Positions 11,401-20,746 of a stretch of DNA of 64,000 nucleotides are shown one piece after another. The DNA is from an uncultured Bacteriovoracaceae bacterium (GTDB taxonomy: Bacteria; Bdellovibrionota; Bacteriovoracia; Bacteriovoracales; Bacteriovoracaceae): positions 32,001 to 96,000 of the forward strand of contig CAXGUD010000010.1 in the NCBI GenBank assembly GCA_964012805.1, given 5' to 3'. Under the pieces are notes generated by a model. The model saw only the letters and a program-made list of their open reading frames with translations. It was not told the origin of the DNA and searched no databases. A program made the translations under genes and the position numbers. Numbering within the stretch: position 1 is the first letter of the stretch; each line of letters begins with the position of its first letter.

Positions 11401-12402
11401 AAGTAAAACTCCTGGTACTACAATTAAAGCCTCTACTAAAAATAACATTAGAGAATATTTTAATAAAAATGTATAAGAAAAGAGTGGTGATAAAAATAAA
11501 AAGACTAAAGCTCCGTAAAGAAAGGCATTTAAAGCCAAAGATAACCTAGGCATTCCATCTTTAAAGTTAAGATAAGATTTAGAAAAAAGCCCCCAAGAAA
11601 TTAAAACGAAAAGACCAATTAATGGTATACCTCTATTTTGTAAAAATGGAGAAAAAGGATAAATATACTGATATCCAAATCCATTCATACCCATAAGAAG
11701 TAAAAGAATGGAAGTTAAGAAAAAAACATAGTGAATAAAAGAGATATTTTTGGTAGAGAAATAAACAAATAAGTTATAAAAAATCATTACAACAAAAAAA
11801 CCACTAAAAATTCCAAAACCATAGTTCGTGGAGGCTTCACTCTTGTAAAACTCAGTAGGAGAATAAATTCTTAAAGGAATTTGTATAGAACCTCTTGATT
11901 TTAATTTTAAAAAATATATGGAATCATTACCTGGTTTTATTTTAAAAACAAAACCTCGATGTTCTATTTCTCTTTCTTTGAATAATTTTCTATCTCCCGT
12001 ACGGAAAACTTTCCATTTACCATCTACAAATTTGTAAAAGTTAACATGATCAAGATAATGGTAGTCCAAAACTAAAAACCAATCATTTATTTTTGATTTA
12101 TTTTTTAATCTAAACTCAACCCAAAAAGTAGAAGGATTAATACCAAAGTTCGGAATTTTTTTTCTTTCGCTCTTAAAATCTAATTCACTTCTTTTTTTTA
12201 TAAATTCTTCTAACTTCAATTCCCCATTCTTATCTTCAAATATTTTGATATCTTTCCAAGCTTGGTAAGTTTCTTTTTGATCATTTAATTGAATATATCC
12301 CCAAGCATCTCCCAAAATTAGGAAAATAAGACAAAAAATAAATATATTTTTTATAAAATAAAAAATCATTTTTCTCTTTTTAAAAACTCCAGTGAACATC
12401 AT
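8452..12402 (-). CDS. 7TM-DISM sensor fused to PAS, HPt and CheA-type HATPase domains
   Basis: Extracellular 7TMR-DISMED2-like region (PNFG...FWVEF), 7 TM helices, PAS-like segment, HPt motifs HLHTVKG and SHNLKG, CheA N box HLVRNSIDHG, DDGGG and SGRGVGM. No C-terminal CheW domain. Confidence 0.85.
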   Translation of the reverse strand: MMFTGVFKKRKMIFYFIKNIFIFCLIFLILGDAWGYIQLNDQKETYQAWKDIKIFEDKNGELKLEEFIKKRSELDFKSERKKIPNFGINPSTFWVEFRLKNKSKINDWFLVLDYHYLDHVNFYKFVDGKWKVFRTGDRKLFKEREIEHRGFVFKIKPGNDSIYFLKLKSRGSIQIPLRIYSPTEFYKSEASTNYGFGIFSGFFVVMIFYNLFVYFSTKNISFIHYVFFLTSILLLLMGMNGFGYQYIYPFSPFLQNRGIPLIGLFVLISWGLFSKSYLNFKDGMPRLSLALNAFLYGALVFLFLSPLFSYTFLLKYSLMLFLVEALIVVPGVLLKVKEGYRPSYFYIVAFGVFIVGAVFKVLNNLGMVPSIFIFTQGLYIGASIQVVLLALGLADIINSLKKDALQKAEKLAIAKVQLEEANSNLEEKVKKRTLDLSKALNDISNLLNNMKQAVFTVDKSGMILSPVSRYSEDIFERKVEGLDVFDSLFSSLDKKSEVYSTIKFSFSIIFGADDLQWMMVKDHFPSRLIFRIDDQKEKVLRLSYSPIYNQENLIERVMFVIEDVTEVEKLEKEVEEQKIASLKNVEILQDLASNKKEDLSQFFSSATKIILESIGIAKQMRSQMERQEKLRDVNLLFRHLHTVKGTARVFNLSHISKEAHKVESMIVSIINEGHDSVEFNWDYLNGIVQGMYGLQGQLNEYLKAAKNVFAFEFDDDIKFKQKLHEQLKNFEYLISQLLNDEINLNNPIEKEDLKEFVLNTQRDEKIRNKIIEELLILSHNLKGLSRGMDERILSDTIHRFEGGILLFDQNFSEDNIQEWDDLFFGPLKDINNISYHIYLSSDKLSEFEFKREEFSNLIFDIYEVTQNLLKEDPSVNIPQNIYRLHSKAFDLGIEYIPATLRELYSCYEEKIINKDIILNKLREIWEYLSFIMILENNKIYNEKERIEIVNTLNKEEEIKKIEKLNSDSVLIIFLRSLNQKGIPTKNVIEVLEKIFQVERQKVLKKLLIQKSISKQINEMYFEFKKGIGEENIKSLKSFLKQEKIPVLDIIEWVSGCRYSSGINYLKNLDIIQGLNYFSSFYDDQEKQIKPKTYEVLVKNFNDSFDYLFSLIEKGKKFDLEDLNKSFDKLLYLPIKYSFLKFGPVVKDVSKSLGKKVKFRVVGDEESLEKERLGLLQDALTHLVRNSIDHGIEVPSLRSLNGKDEMGVIEIECLKKSESILQIILKDDGGGIDINRICEKAIKNNVMTKDDLINMSDKDKLELIFLPNFSTKEEVSEISGRGVGMDVVKKNIEILGAELEVVSNKDKGTQFIIELTL

Positions 12403-12603
12403 CGTCAGGAATATATCTTTAAAAAAAACAATCTCTTTTTAAAAAATAGAAGGATCAATTTTTCCTATTTTTACCCATTATTAAAAAAAAGTTCTTTGGT
12501 AAAAAATAAACCTAATTATTTTCAATTATTTATTAATCTTAACTTTTTTGAATCTCTTGCAAATTAATTGATCAAATTACTTTTTTAAAAGAGGAGTTCT
12601 TCA

Positions 12604-13125
12604 TTGAATTTTGTAAAATTAATTGTCACTTTACTTATCATTATGAACAAAGCTTCAGGGATTTCTGCTCTTGAAGGGCTTAGTATTCTTGAGAAAAGCA
12701 AATTAAGAAATATAAAATTAAATATTTCTCCAGATAAAAAAAATCAGGATCCTTATTATATCGCTACTTTGAATAAAGTACTCGAACAAAGTATTCAAAT
12801 GTTTCTCAATAAATATGACGATGGGAACCAGGCGCCACTTGATATATACTATGATACTGCAGCTTTAAAGTTTTCCGCTTTAGAAGAGAAATATAAAAAT
12901 AACTTAGAATTTGAAAGTTTCTTAAAATCAGAATTTAGATCCTTTATTAACTCACCAGATACAACTCTTTCTTTAATTAAAAAAAATGAAGACAACTTAA
13001 CTAATTTCAGTCTATCTAACTTTTGGATATTCAACCTTAAAATCCCTCAACTATCCGACTTTAGTTTTTGGTGTGTTATTTCAAAAACAGGGACCGAGCC
13101 TCCTTTCGTATTTGGAATGAATTAA
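12604..13125 (+). CDS. Hypothetical protein (probably exported)
   Basis: 173-aa ORF; GAGGAG RBS before the TTG start; hydrophobic N-terminus. Confidence 0.65.
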   Translation: MNFVKLIVTLLIIMNKASGISALEGLSILEKSKLRNIKLNISPDKKNQDPYYIATLNKVLEQSIQMFLNKYDDGNQAPLDIYYDTAALKFSALEEKYKNNLEFESFLKSEFRSFINSPDTTLSLIKKNEDNLTNFSLSNFWIFNLKIPQLSDFSFWCVISKTGTEPPFVFGMN

Positions 13126-13235
13126 AAAGGGTGAAGGCTTATTTTCACCTTCCTAGAGGTTAATTTTTAACCTATTATGGAATCCATATAGCTTTGAAAA
13201 TAAATCATGTTCAGATTCTTTTAAGGACCAATAAA

Positions 13236-14291
13236 ATGAAGAAAAAATGCTTAAATTTGGTACTTTTACTCGTATTGATGTCTTTTTTTGGATGCTACCA
13301 ATCCAAAACTCTTGATTCATATCAAGTAATTCATCTAACGATTGCTGCCCCAGGCCCAAAAAACCATTCTTACATGACTGCAGGAGCACTAAGTCAATTG
13401 TTTAACCAAAAATCTAAGGTTCATAAGCTAAAGCTTGCTGTAGACCCCTCCAATAACCAAGATGAATCCCTTGAGAATTTAAATAACGGTCAAGTTCAAT
13501 TTGCGCTTTTGAAGTCTGACAGGCAACACGAAGCTTACAAAGGGTTAGGAAAATGGAAAAAAAGAGGAGCCCAACCAAAACTTAGGGCCATTTTCTCTCT
13601 TTACGATAACCCATTGACTTTAATTTCATCTTCTAGAGCTCGGGTAACCGAGTTTTCTGACCTTAGAAATAAAAAAATAGCCTTAGGACCTAAAGCCTCT
13701 GCCTCTACTGGCCACTATCTAAAGACTCTTGAAACTTTAAATCTCAATAAGGAGGACTACAGAGGCTTTTATTTTAAAGAAAAAGACCTTTCAGGGAAAT
13801 TACAAGATGAAATTATTGATGCATTCTTCCTTATTGACTCTCATCCCTCTAAATACTTCCCTCAGCCAGATGCTTATGGAAGAAACCAATATAAAGTCCT
13901 TTCATTTGACGAACCAGAACTTAATAAGATGATTGAGAATTATCCTTATTTTACAAAACTAACGCTCCCAAAAGACTTTCACCCGGCTCTATCCAATAAC
14001 TCTGATATTGAAACACTTTCAATAAAAACAGCTCTAATAACTTCTGCGGATACACCCAACCATATTGTCTACTCGCTTACCAAAGAGATTTTCGAAAACC
14101 TAAATATTCTCAAAAATAAATCAGAAGTCACTTTAAACTTAGAAGTAGAAGAACTTTTTAAAGGCTTAACCATACCTCTCCACCCTGGAGCGTTGATGTA
14201 TTTTAAAGAAAAAGGCTTAATACATAAGATAGATCAAAAACTCTTACCAAAAAGCCAAAAGCTAAATAAAACAACGATATCAAAGATATAA
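13236..14291 (+). CDS. TAXI-family TRAP solute receptor (lipoprotein-like)
   Basis: LRAIFSLY, DLRNKKIALG, IDAFF, VYSLTKEIFEN and PLHPGA..YFKE motifs. Start moved to ATG 13236, which gives a signal peptide with FFGC. Confidence 0.85.
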   Translation: MKKKCLNLVLLLVLMSFFGCYQSKTLDSYQVIHLTIAAPGPKNHSYMTAGALSQLFNQKSKVHKLKLAVDPSNNQDESLENLNNGQVQFALLKSDRQHEAYKGLGKWKKRGAQPKLRAIFSLYDNPLTLISSSRARVTEFSDLRNKKIALGPKASASTGHYLKTLETLNLNKEDYRGFYFKEKDLSGKLQDEIIDAFFLIDSHPSKYFPQPDAYGRNQYKVLSFDEPELNKMIENYPYFTKLTLPKDFHPALSNNSDIETLSIKTALITSADTPNHIVYSLTKEIFENLNILKNKSEVTLNLEVEELFKGLTIPLHPGALMYFKEKGLIHKIDQKLLPKSQKLNKTTISKI

Positions 14292-14470
14292 TTATAATCA
14301 AAAAGTTACTTTTTCCTAAAAAATAAGTCCTTTTTGGATCCTCTATTTTTTGTAAATTAGTCAAACCATTCATGCTTAAACAAGTAGACTTTTTTTACCC
14401 TTCCGTACTAAAAAGGCGCTAAAGAATAGAGTTTTCTACCTCCTTTTTATTGATTGACAGGATACTTTAG

Positions 14471-15625
14471 ATGAAAAATGACCAAAATTTATTAAGCTCA
14501 GCTGAATACAACCGTTATAGCCGCCACATGACTCTTCCAGAGGTTGGAGCTGAAGGTCAAAAAAAGCTAAAAAAAGCAAAGGTTCTAGTTGTTGGTGCCG
14601 GGGGTCTTGGTAGTCCAATTATACTTTATTTAGCAGCTGCAGGAATTGGTACTATAGGCATCATTGACTTTGATTTAGTAGATGAAACAAATCTTCAAAG
14701 ACAAGTTCTTTATAATATGGCCAATATTGGTACCTTAAAAACAGAAAGTGCGAAAGAGAAAATTCTTCAACTGAACCCTCACATCAAAGTAAACACCTAC
14801 AATGAGGGGCTTACGGCAGATAATGCACTTTCTATAATCAGCGAGTACGATGTAGTTTTGGATGGAACAGATAATTTCTCTTCACGTTATTTGGTTAATG
14901 ATGCCTGTGTACTTTTGGGAAAACCAAATGTCTATGGAAGTATCTATCGCTTTGACGGACAAATTTCGGTTTTTAACCATGAAGGTGGCCCTTGCTATAG
15001 ATGCCTTTACCCTTCTCCCCCACCACCAAACCTAATTCCCTCTTGTGCGGAAGGTGGTGTCCTTGGCATACTACCGGGCATTATAGGTACCCTACAAGTC
15101 AACGAAGCATTAAAAATTATTTTAGGAATTGGCCAGTCATTGAAAGGACGCTTTATTCTTTTTGATGCACTTAAAATGGAATTCAATGAAATGAAAGCAC
15201 AAAAAAACCCTCAGTGCTCTATTTGTGGAGAAAAACCAACAATAAAATCCCTTATGACAGAAACTCAATATAGTTGTGTAACTTTGGATTCAAAAAAAGA
15301 GGCAAGTCACCAAAAAATTTCGGTATTCAACTTAAAAGAACGCATGGATCGAAGAGAGAGTCCATTAATTATTGATGTAAGAGAAAGTTTTGAACTAGAA
15401 ATAGTTAGATTAGAGGGCTCTAAACACATTCCATTAAAAGAACTTAATAATCAAATTTTAAATTACGACTCTAATAAAGAAATTATTCTTCTTTGTAAGT
15501 CAGGAATAAGGTCTTCAATTGCCTGTGAAGAACTCAAGAAAAACAACTTCAAAAATGTAAAAAGTGTAGACGGAGGAATTTTGGCTTGGGCCAAAGAAGT
15601 TGATACAAGTCTAATGACCTACTGA
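14471..15625 (+). CDS. moeB: MoeB/MoeZ adenylyltransferase with C-terminal rhodanese domain
   Basis: RYSRH, GAGGLG, D.VDETNLQRQ, CYRC, SCAEGGVLG and rhodanese CKSGIRS. Confidence 0.9.
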   Translation: MKNDQNLLSSAEYNRYSRHMTLPEVGAEGQKKLKKAKVLVVGAGGLGSPIILYLAAAGIGTIGIIDFDLVDETNLQRQVLYNMANIGTLKTESAKEKILQLNPHIKVNTYNEGLTADNALSIISEYDVVLDGTDNFSSRYLVNDACVLLGKPNVYGSIYRFDGQISVFNHEGGPCYRCLYPSPPPPNLIPSCAEGGVLGILPGIIGTLQVNEALKIILGIGQSLKGRFILFDALKMEFNEMKAQKNPQCSICGEKPTIKSLMTETQYSCVTLDSKKEASHQKISVFNLKERMDRRESPLIIDVRESFELEIVRLEGSKHIPLKELNNQILNYDSNKEIILLCKSGIRSSIACEELKKNNFKNVKSVDGGILAWAKEVDTSLMTY

Positions 15626-15930
15626 CATCAAATTTGAATACAAAACTGAGAGGTTTTAGATTACAATGCCATCTTTTTGCTCGAACAAAGTAATCAAAAC
15701 CTTTCTAAATAAATTAAATACAAATTGTATTTATAAACATTCATTAATCAGTCCTTCCAAGCTTAAATATTCAATTAAGTTTAATTTTTTAGCCTAAAAA
15801 GCCAACAAATTAGGTACTTAGGTCCGAAAAGGAGAAAGATTTAATATTATAAAAAAGGTTTTTATAAATTAAATATAGAAATGGATCGATCTCCCTTAAA
15901 TTGATCTACTCAATTATAATTGTTTCTTAA

Positions 15931-16350
15931 ATTGCAACCACAATTGGTTCCATTTTATTTTTATATCTTGAAAAAGAGTGTGCCAAAAATGGTAAAGAAG
16001 AAAATGGATCCTTGAATATTTCTTTTGAACGAATGGAAGATAAAGATAAATTTAAAATTATTATTGAAGATGATGGACAAGGAATTGATCATAATAAGAT
16101 TATAAATATCGCTTCCAAAAATAAGTCCCTTGGCCATATTAATTTTGAAGCGATTTCCCAACAAGAAGCTATAAATCTCATTTTTGAAGATAATATTTCA
16201 TCCAAAAGCAATGTTGATTTAATTTCAGGAAGGGGTGTTGGCATGAAGGCACTTAGAAAGGAAATCGAAAAAATGGGAGGGTCAATTCAAGTTAAAAGTG
16301 AGTTAGGAAAATTTACAAGATTTGAAATAATTCTTCCTCTAATAGCATAA
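15931..16350 (+). pseudogene. Truncated CheA-type HATPase fragment
   Basis: Has DDGQG, LIF, SGRGVGM and G2 boxes. The frame is closed upstream by TAA at 15928-15930 and lacks the N box (HLxRNxxDHG) and any HPt domain. Confidence 0.6.
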
Positions 16351-16802
16351 TTATTATCCACCAACATTAATCCACAAAAAAATATTTAAATACTTTTTAA
16401 ATCATAAGATGCTTTTTAAATTTCTAAAAAGCTAGTATTTTAATCTAAAAACTCAAATTTCACTATAGGCTTTTTATTTTTAAAATATTTAAAGCGGAAA
16501 GAAAAATCACCGCTACTTTTGTTTAAATCTTCTTGTTAGGGATAAAGAATGACTTTTTCTCTATTTCTTAATTGAATCAATTGAAAGGTTAAAAAAGGAT
16601 ATATTCCCCTCAAGAGCAGGACAAAGTTACAAATTTAATTAAATAAAGATTCTGTCAGAGTTAAGGTCACTGAAGGTCACTGTCGTTTATTATTTTCAAT
16701 TTTGAAGAGTATTGATAAATAATCACTCCAGATTTCACCCACAAGTTTTAAAGAATTGAAAAAAACCTTTAACTATTTTTTCAGATTTCTATTCCAATCT
16801 GG

Positions 16803-17783
16803 CTATAAAACCTCTTTTGAAGAATCGTATTCGTAAACATAGCTATAAGGCCCACTACAATTATTTGTACAACCACCTATAAGGTAAATTTTCCCATCTA
16901 CAGTTGCAGCACACTGGCCCATTAAATTTTTAGGCATATTAGTTTTGTAACTCCAAGAATCCGAAGTCGGATCGTAGGCTAAGACGGTGCTTAATGTTGA
17001 AGAAGATGATATACCTCCAAATATATACAGAACTCCATTTAAAACTGCCCCAGAGTGTTCTGATAGGCTTATCGGAGGATCAGTTATGAGATCCCAGGAT
17101 CTTGAATTAGAATCATAAACCTCCGAGGTCTCTGCACCAGTTACTCCATCTGCAACGTAAATTTTATTATTAATAACTCCGCTAGCAAAAAATTGCCTAG
17201 CTCCTGAAGAGTTATTCCTTACCGCCAATGAGTCTGAAGTATGATGATACTCCTCAAGTCTAGCCGATGCTCCTCCACTTTCACCTCCTATAAGATGAAT
17301 TTTTCCGTTGGCAGTTTCTGCCCTTAAACCATACCTACCAACAGTCATCCAATTTTTGGAAGACCACGAGTTAGAAGAAATATTATATTCTTCTACAGTT
17401 CTACCATCGTTATCATCTATGTTTCCTCCAAAAGCATATATCTTGCCATTCGTTAGTCCGACACCTGGCGCCCCCCTTGATTTTGACATAGAGGCTCCAG
17501 CCGTCCAAGTATCTGAAATAGGGTCATAAATCTGAACCGTATTTAAAAAGCCTTCTGAAGACTCCCCTCCAACTACATAGATTTTTTTATCATGAACAAC
17601 ACAGCCTCCCCTATAAAAAGCTGATGGAATACTTGTTTTCTGAGTCCAAGGTCCATTATTTTTTTTATAGAAATCTCCATTTTTAAGGGAACTCTCTAAA
17701 TAAGAATCTCCCCAATCGGCAAGACAACCACCTAAGCAAAATAAAAAAATAATGCCTATGAATAGACTGTTTTTTCTAAACAT
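16803..17783 (-). CDS. Kelch-repeat beta-propeller lipoprotein
   Basis: Lipobox LGGC; about six Kelch repeats (KIYVVGG...YDP.SD.W, KIYAFGG, KIHLIGG, KIYVADG, LYIFGG, KIYLIGG). Confidence 0.9.
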   Translation of the reverse strand: MFRKNSLFIGIIFLFCLGGCLADWGDSYLESSLKNGDFYKKNNGPWTQKTSIPSAFYRGGCVVHDKKIYVVGGESSEGFLNTVQIYDPISDTWTAGASMSKSRGAPGVGLTNGKIYAFGGNIDDNDGRTVEEYNISSNSWSSKNWMTVGRYGLRAETANGKIHLIGGESGGASARLEEYHHTSDSLAVRNNSSGARQFFASGVINNKIYVADGVTGAETSEVYDSNSRSWDLITDPPISLSEHSGAVLNGVLYIFGGISSSSTLSTVLAYDPTSDSWSYKTNMPKNLMGQCAATVDGKIYLIGGCTNNCSGPYSYVYEYDSSKEVL

Positions 17784-17829
17784 ATAATCTCCAAAAAAAT
17801 ACTCTCTTGCCTAGAAATAAGCATTTCCT

Positions 17830-18411
17830 TTAAAATTCTAAATTGAATTTTAGTTGATAAATAGGCTTTAGAAAATTCGTAGTTCTAATCATTATTGTCC
17901 AAGAAGATTTCCCGTCACTTCCTATTAAATAGTCCCACCAATTATCACCACTTTTATCTCCAAATTGATAACCAATATCCAAAAGAGGTGTGTAAATATG
18001 GACTTGAGAGTCGCTAGATTTAAAACCCAAGGACCATCTCTCCAAACCTGCTCCCATTTGAAAACCGTGACCGAAGAAAGGAGTGTAATAAATGCCCATA
18101 ACATTTAAAAAAATTGACCTTACCTCTTGCATAACTGGAGTGCCTGAACTTGAATCCTTATAATAGAACGTGTCCATTGAACCTTCTTTTCCAAGCATGT
18201 ACTTACCCTCAAAGTAGTGACCACCAAGATTAACTCCAAATGACCACCCCCAAGTATTCCAGGAAATATCTATTTGATCAGACTTAGAGTGGATGTTTGG
18301 AATAACCTTACCCAAAGACATTGAAACTTTTTCCACTTGAAAACTAGTCACACAGCTTGAAAATAAAAATACAAAAGTTAACAGTTTAAATAAAAGCCTC
18401 ATATAAGACAC
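17830..18411 (-). CDS. Hypothetical lipoprotein, possibly beta-barrel-like
   Basis: Lipobox-like FSSC; Gly/aromatic amphipathic strands; ends YQLKFNLEF. Confidence 0.65.
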   Translation of the reverse strand: MSYMRLLFKLLTFVFLFSSCVTSFQVEKVSMSLGKVIPNIHSKSDQIDISWNTWGWSFGVNLGGHYFEGKYMLGKEGSMDTFYYKDSSSGTPVMQEVRSIFLNVMGIYYTPFFGHGFQMGAGLERWSLGFKSSDSQVHIYTPLLDIGYQFGDKSGDNWWDYLIGSDGKSSWTIMIRTTNFLKPIYQLKFNLEF

Positions 18412-18527
18412 TCTAGAAATAAAATGCTTCCATTAGGTTCCTTAAATTCTTACTTAGAAGATCTTGTTTGTCATATTGCATCTATAAAAACTCAGAAGAT
18501 TGTTTCGAAGAGAAAAAGCCAAAGGGC

Positions 18528-18550
18528 ACTTTTTCCACGAGGAAAAAAGT
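18528..18550 (-). terminator. Hairpin downstream of tRNA-Leu, possible terminator
   Basis: ACTTTTTCC-ACGA-GGAAAAAAGT inverted repeat, followed on the minus strand by T-rich sequence. Confidence 0.4.
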
Positions 18551-18596
18551 CTTTACCACAGGTCGTTATAATCTTGGGGTTTTAACAGAAAAGTGA

Positions 18597-18679
18597 TGGT
18601 GCCCAGGAGAGGACTTGAACCTCCACGCCGAAGCACTAGATCCTAAGTCTAGCGTGTCTACCAATTTCACCACCTGGGC
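18597..18679 (-). tRNA. tRNA-Leu (anticodon TAG)
   Basis: Reverse complement GCCCAGGTGGTGAAATTGGTAGACACGCTAGACTTAGGATCTAGTGCTTCGGCGTGGAGGTTCAAGTCCTCTCCTGGGCACCA: GCCCAGG/CCTGGGC acceptor stem, CTAGA-CTTAGGA-TCTAG anticodon arm, variable arm, TTCAA T-loop, encoded CCA. Confidence 0.97.
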
Positions 18680-18730
18680 ATTAAGAGAGTCTCTTTTAGC
18701 TTACTTTTTCATAAACTGACAAGACTTTTT

Positions 18731-19708
18731 TTAGTTAATAGGGTTATAGCACCTATAATAATGGCTACCAGAAGCATCCGTCCGACTAGGATAAGCTGTT
18801 TTACACTCATCAGTTGCTTTCCAGCACCTTGGGTGGAAATGACAACCTGCCGGAGGATTCATTGGAGAAGGAATATCACCTTCCAATAAAATTCTATCCG
18901 TCTTTCTGGATGGGTCGGCTACAGGAATCGCTGAAAAGAGGGCCTTTGTATAGGGATGCCTCGAATCTCCGTAAAGCTCTGAAGCTTCAGCTAATTCAAC
19001 CATATTCCCTAAATACATAACAGCAACTTTAGTAGAGATATATTCTACAACCTTAAGGTCGTGAGCAATAAACAAGTAAGTCAACCCGAGATCTTTTTGA
19101 AGGTCTGTTAAAAGGTTGATAACCTGTGCTTGGACAGAAACATCCAACGCAGAAACTGGCTCATCACATACGATAAAGTCAGGCTCTACAGCTAATGCTC
19201 TAGCTATACAGACACGTTGCCTTTGCCCCCCAGAAAACTCGTGAGGGTATTTATTGAGAGCATCTTTTGGTAGTTGAACCTGATCTAGAAGCTCATAAAG
19301 CCTCTTTTGACGCTCTTTTTTTCCTTCAAAAAGGTTATGGATTCGAAGTGGTTCAGAAAGAATTGAACCGATAGTCATCCTAGGATTCAATGAAGCATAA
19401 GGATCTTGAAAAATAATCTGAATTTTTCTCCTAAGTTCCCTCATTTCCTTAGGGCCATAGTTTAGAATATTTTGACCATTATAAAGGATCTCTCCAGAAG
19501 TAGGCTCAAGAAGGCGAAGAATACAACGACCTAAAGTTGTTTTCCCACAACCTGACTCTCCTACAAGACCAAGAGTCTCTCCCCTTTTAATTTTAAAGCT
19601 AACGTCGTTAACAGCTTTAACTGCTCCAACTTCGCGACCAAAAAGACCACCCTTTATTGGAAAACGCTTTGTAAGATTATTGACCTCTAATAAATATTCT
19701 GAACTCAT
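18731..19708 (-). CDS. oppF: Oligopeptide/dipeptide ABC transporter ATPase (OppF/DppF)
   Basis: [28 protein letters not shown] and C-terminal GCHFHPRC. Confidence 0.92.
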   Translation of the reverse strand: MSSEYLLEVNNLTKRFPIKGGLFGREVGAVKAVNDVSFKIKRGETLGLVGESGCGKTTLGRCILRLLEPTSGEILYNGQNILNYGPKEMRELRRKIQIIFQDPYASLNPRMTIGSILSEPLRIHNLFEGKKERQKRLYELLDQVQLPKDALNKYPHEFSGGQRQRVCIARALAVEPDFIVCDEPVSALDVSVQAQVINLLTDLQKDLGLTYLFIAHDLKVVEYISTKVAVMYLGNMVELAEASELYGDSRHPYTKALFSAIPVADPSRKTDRILLEGDIPSPMNPPAGCHFHPRCWKATDECKTAYPSRTDASGSHYYRCYNPIN

Positions 19709-19726
19709 CTAAATTCCTCTTTTAAA

Positions 19727-20719
19727 TTAATGAGAAGGATTAAAACAACTCACCTTATGGTCTGCCTTATAATTACTAAGAACAGGAACACCTTTAGCTC
19801 CTCTACATTCATCAATCACTCGCGGGCATCGATCTTGAAAACTGCAACCCGAAGGCAATTCAAATAGAGAAGGAACCATGCCCTCAATAGTCCTAAGACG
19901 CGCTTTATGTTCATCTTGAGTTGAATCAAAGGATGGAATTGAGTCCATCAGTCCTATTGTGTAAGGGTGTTTTGGATCTTTAAAAAGCGTCTGAACATCA
20001 GCTCTTTCAACGATTCTGCCACAGTACATAACTGCTACATCATCGCAAGTCTCTGCAACAACTCCCAAGTCATGAGTGATAAAGATAATGCCCATGCCAA
20101 GCTCTTTTTGAAGCTTATTCATTAAATCAAGAATTTGGGCCTGGATTGTTACATCAAGGGCAGTCGTTGGTTCATCAGCAATTAAAATATCGGGCTCACA
20201 AGCAAGAGCAATTGCGATCATTACCCTTTGCCTCATCCCACCTGAAAGTTGATGAGGATACTCTTGAAACCTCTGCTCTGGCGAAGGGATCCCAACAAGC
20301 CTAAGCATATCAACTGCTTTGTCTGCCATTTCTGCTTTAGAAAGGTGAGACTGGTGAAGCTCTAAAACTTCGATAATCTGATTTCCCACAGTAAAAACAG
20401 GGTTGAGAGACGTCATAGGCTCCTGAAAAATCATAGCGATTTTATTTCCCCTAATATGCCTCATATCATCAACAGACTTATCAAGAAGATTTTCACCTCT
20501 ATAAAGAATTTCACCACCACTGACGTTACCAGTTGGCTTTTGAATAAGACCCATGACAGATAAAGCCGTCACAGACTTCCCAGAACCAGACTCTCCAACT
20601 ATTCCAAGAGTTTTTCCTTTATAAACCTCAAGGTTAACTCCATTAACAGCGGTAATTTTTCCTCTATCTGTTCTAAAATCAACTACTAAATCTTTAACTT
20701 CTAAAATTAACTCGGACAT
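19727..20719 (-). CDS. oppD: Oligopeptide/dipeptide ABC transporter ATPase (OppD/DppD)
   Basis: [34 protein letters not shown]. Confidence 0.92.
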   Translation of the reverse strand: MSELILEVKDLVVDFRTDRGKITAVNGVNLEVYKGKTLGIVGESGSGKSVTALSVMGLIQKPTGNVSGGEILYRGENLLDKSVDDMRHIRGNKIAMIFQEPMTSLNPVFTVGNQIIEVLELHQSHLSKAEMADKAVDMLRLVGIPSPEQRFQEYPHQLSGGMRQRVMIAIALACEPDILIADEPTTALDVTIQAQILDLMNKLQKELGMGIIFITHDLGVVAETCDDVAVMYCGRIVERADVQTLFKDPKHPYTIGLMDSIPSFDSTQDEHKARLRTIEGMVPSLFELPSGCSFQDRCPRVIDECRGAKGVPVLSNYKADHKVSCFNPSH

Positions 20720-20746
20720 ACGAACCCTTTAGGTTTTAATCGTTAT

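Noticed and set aside
15666..15797. Short ATG-initiated ORF after moeB
   Set aside because: No RBS or recognisable motif; expected by chance in AT-rich DNA.
15626..18596. Intact prophage or integrative element at tRNA-Leu
   Set aside because: No integrase, no att duplication of the tRNA 3' end, no phage genes.
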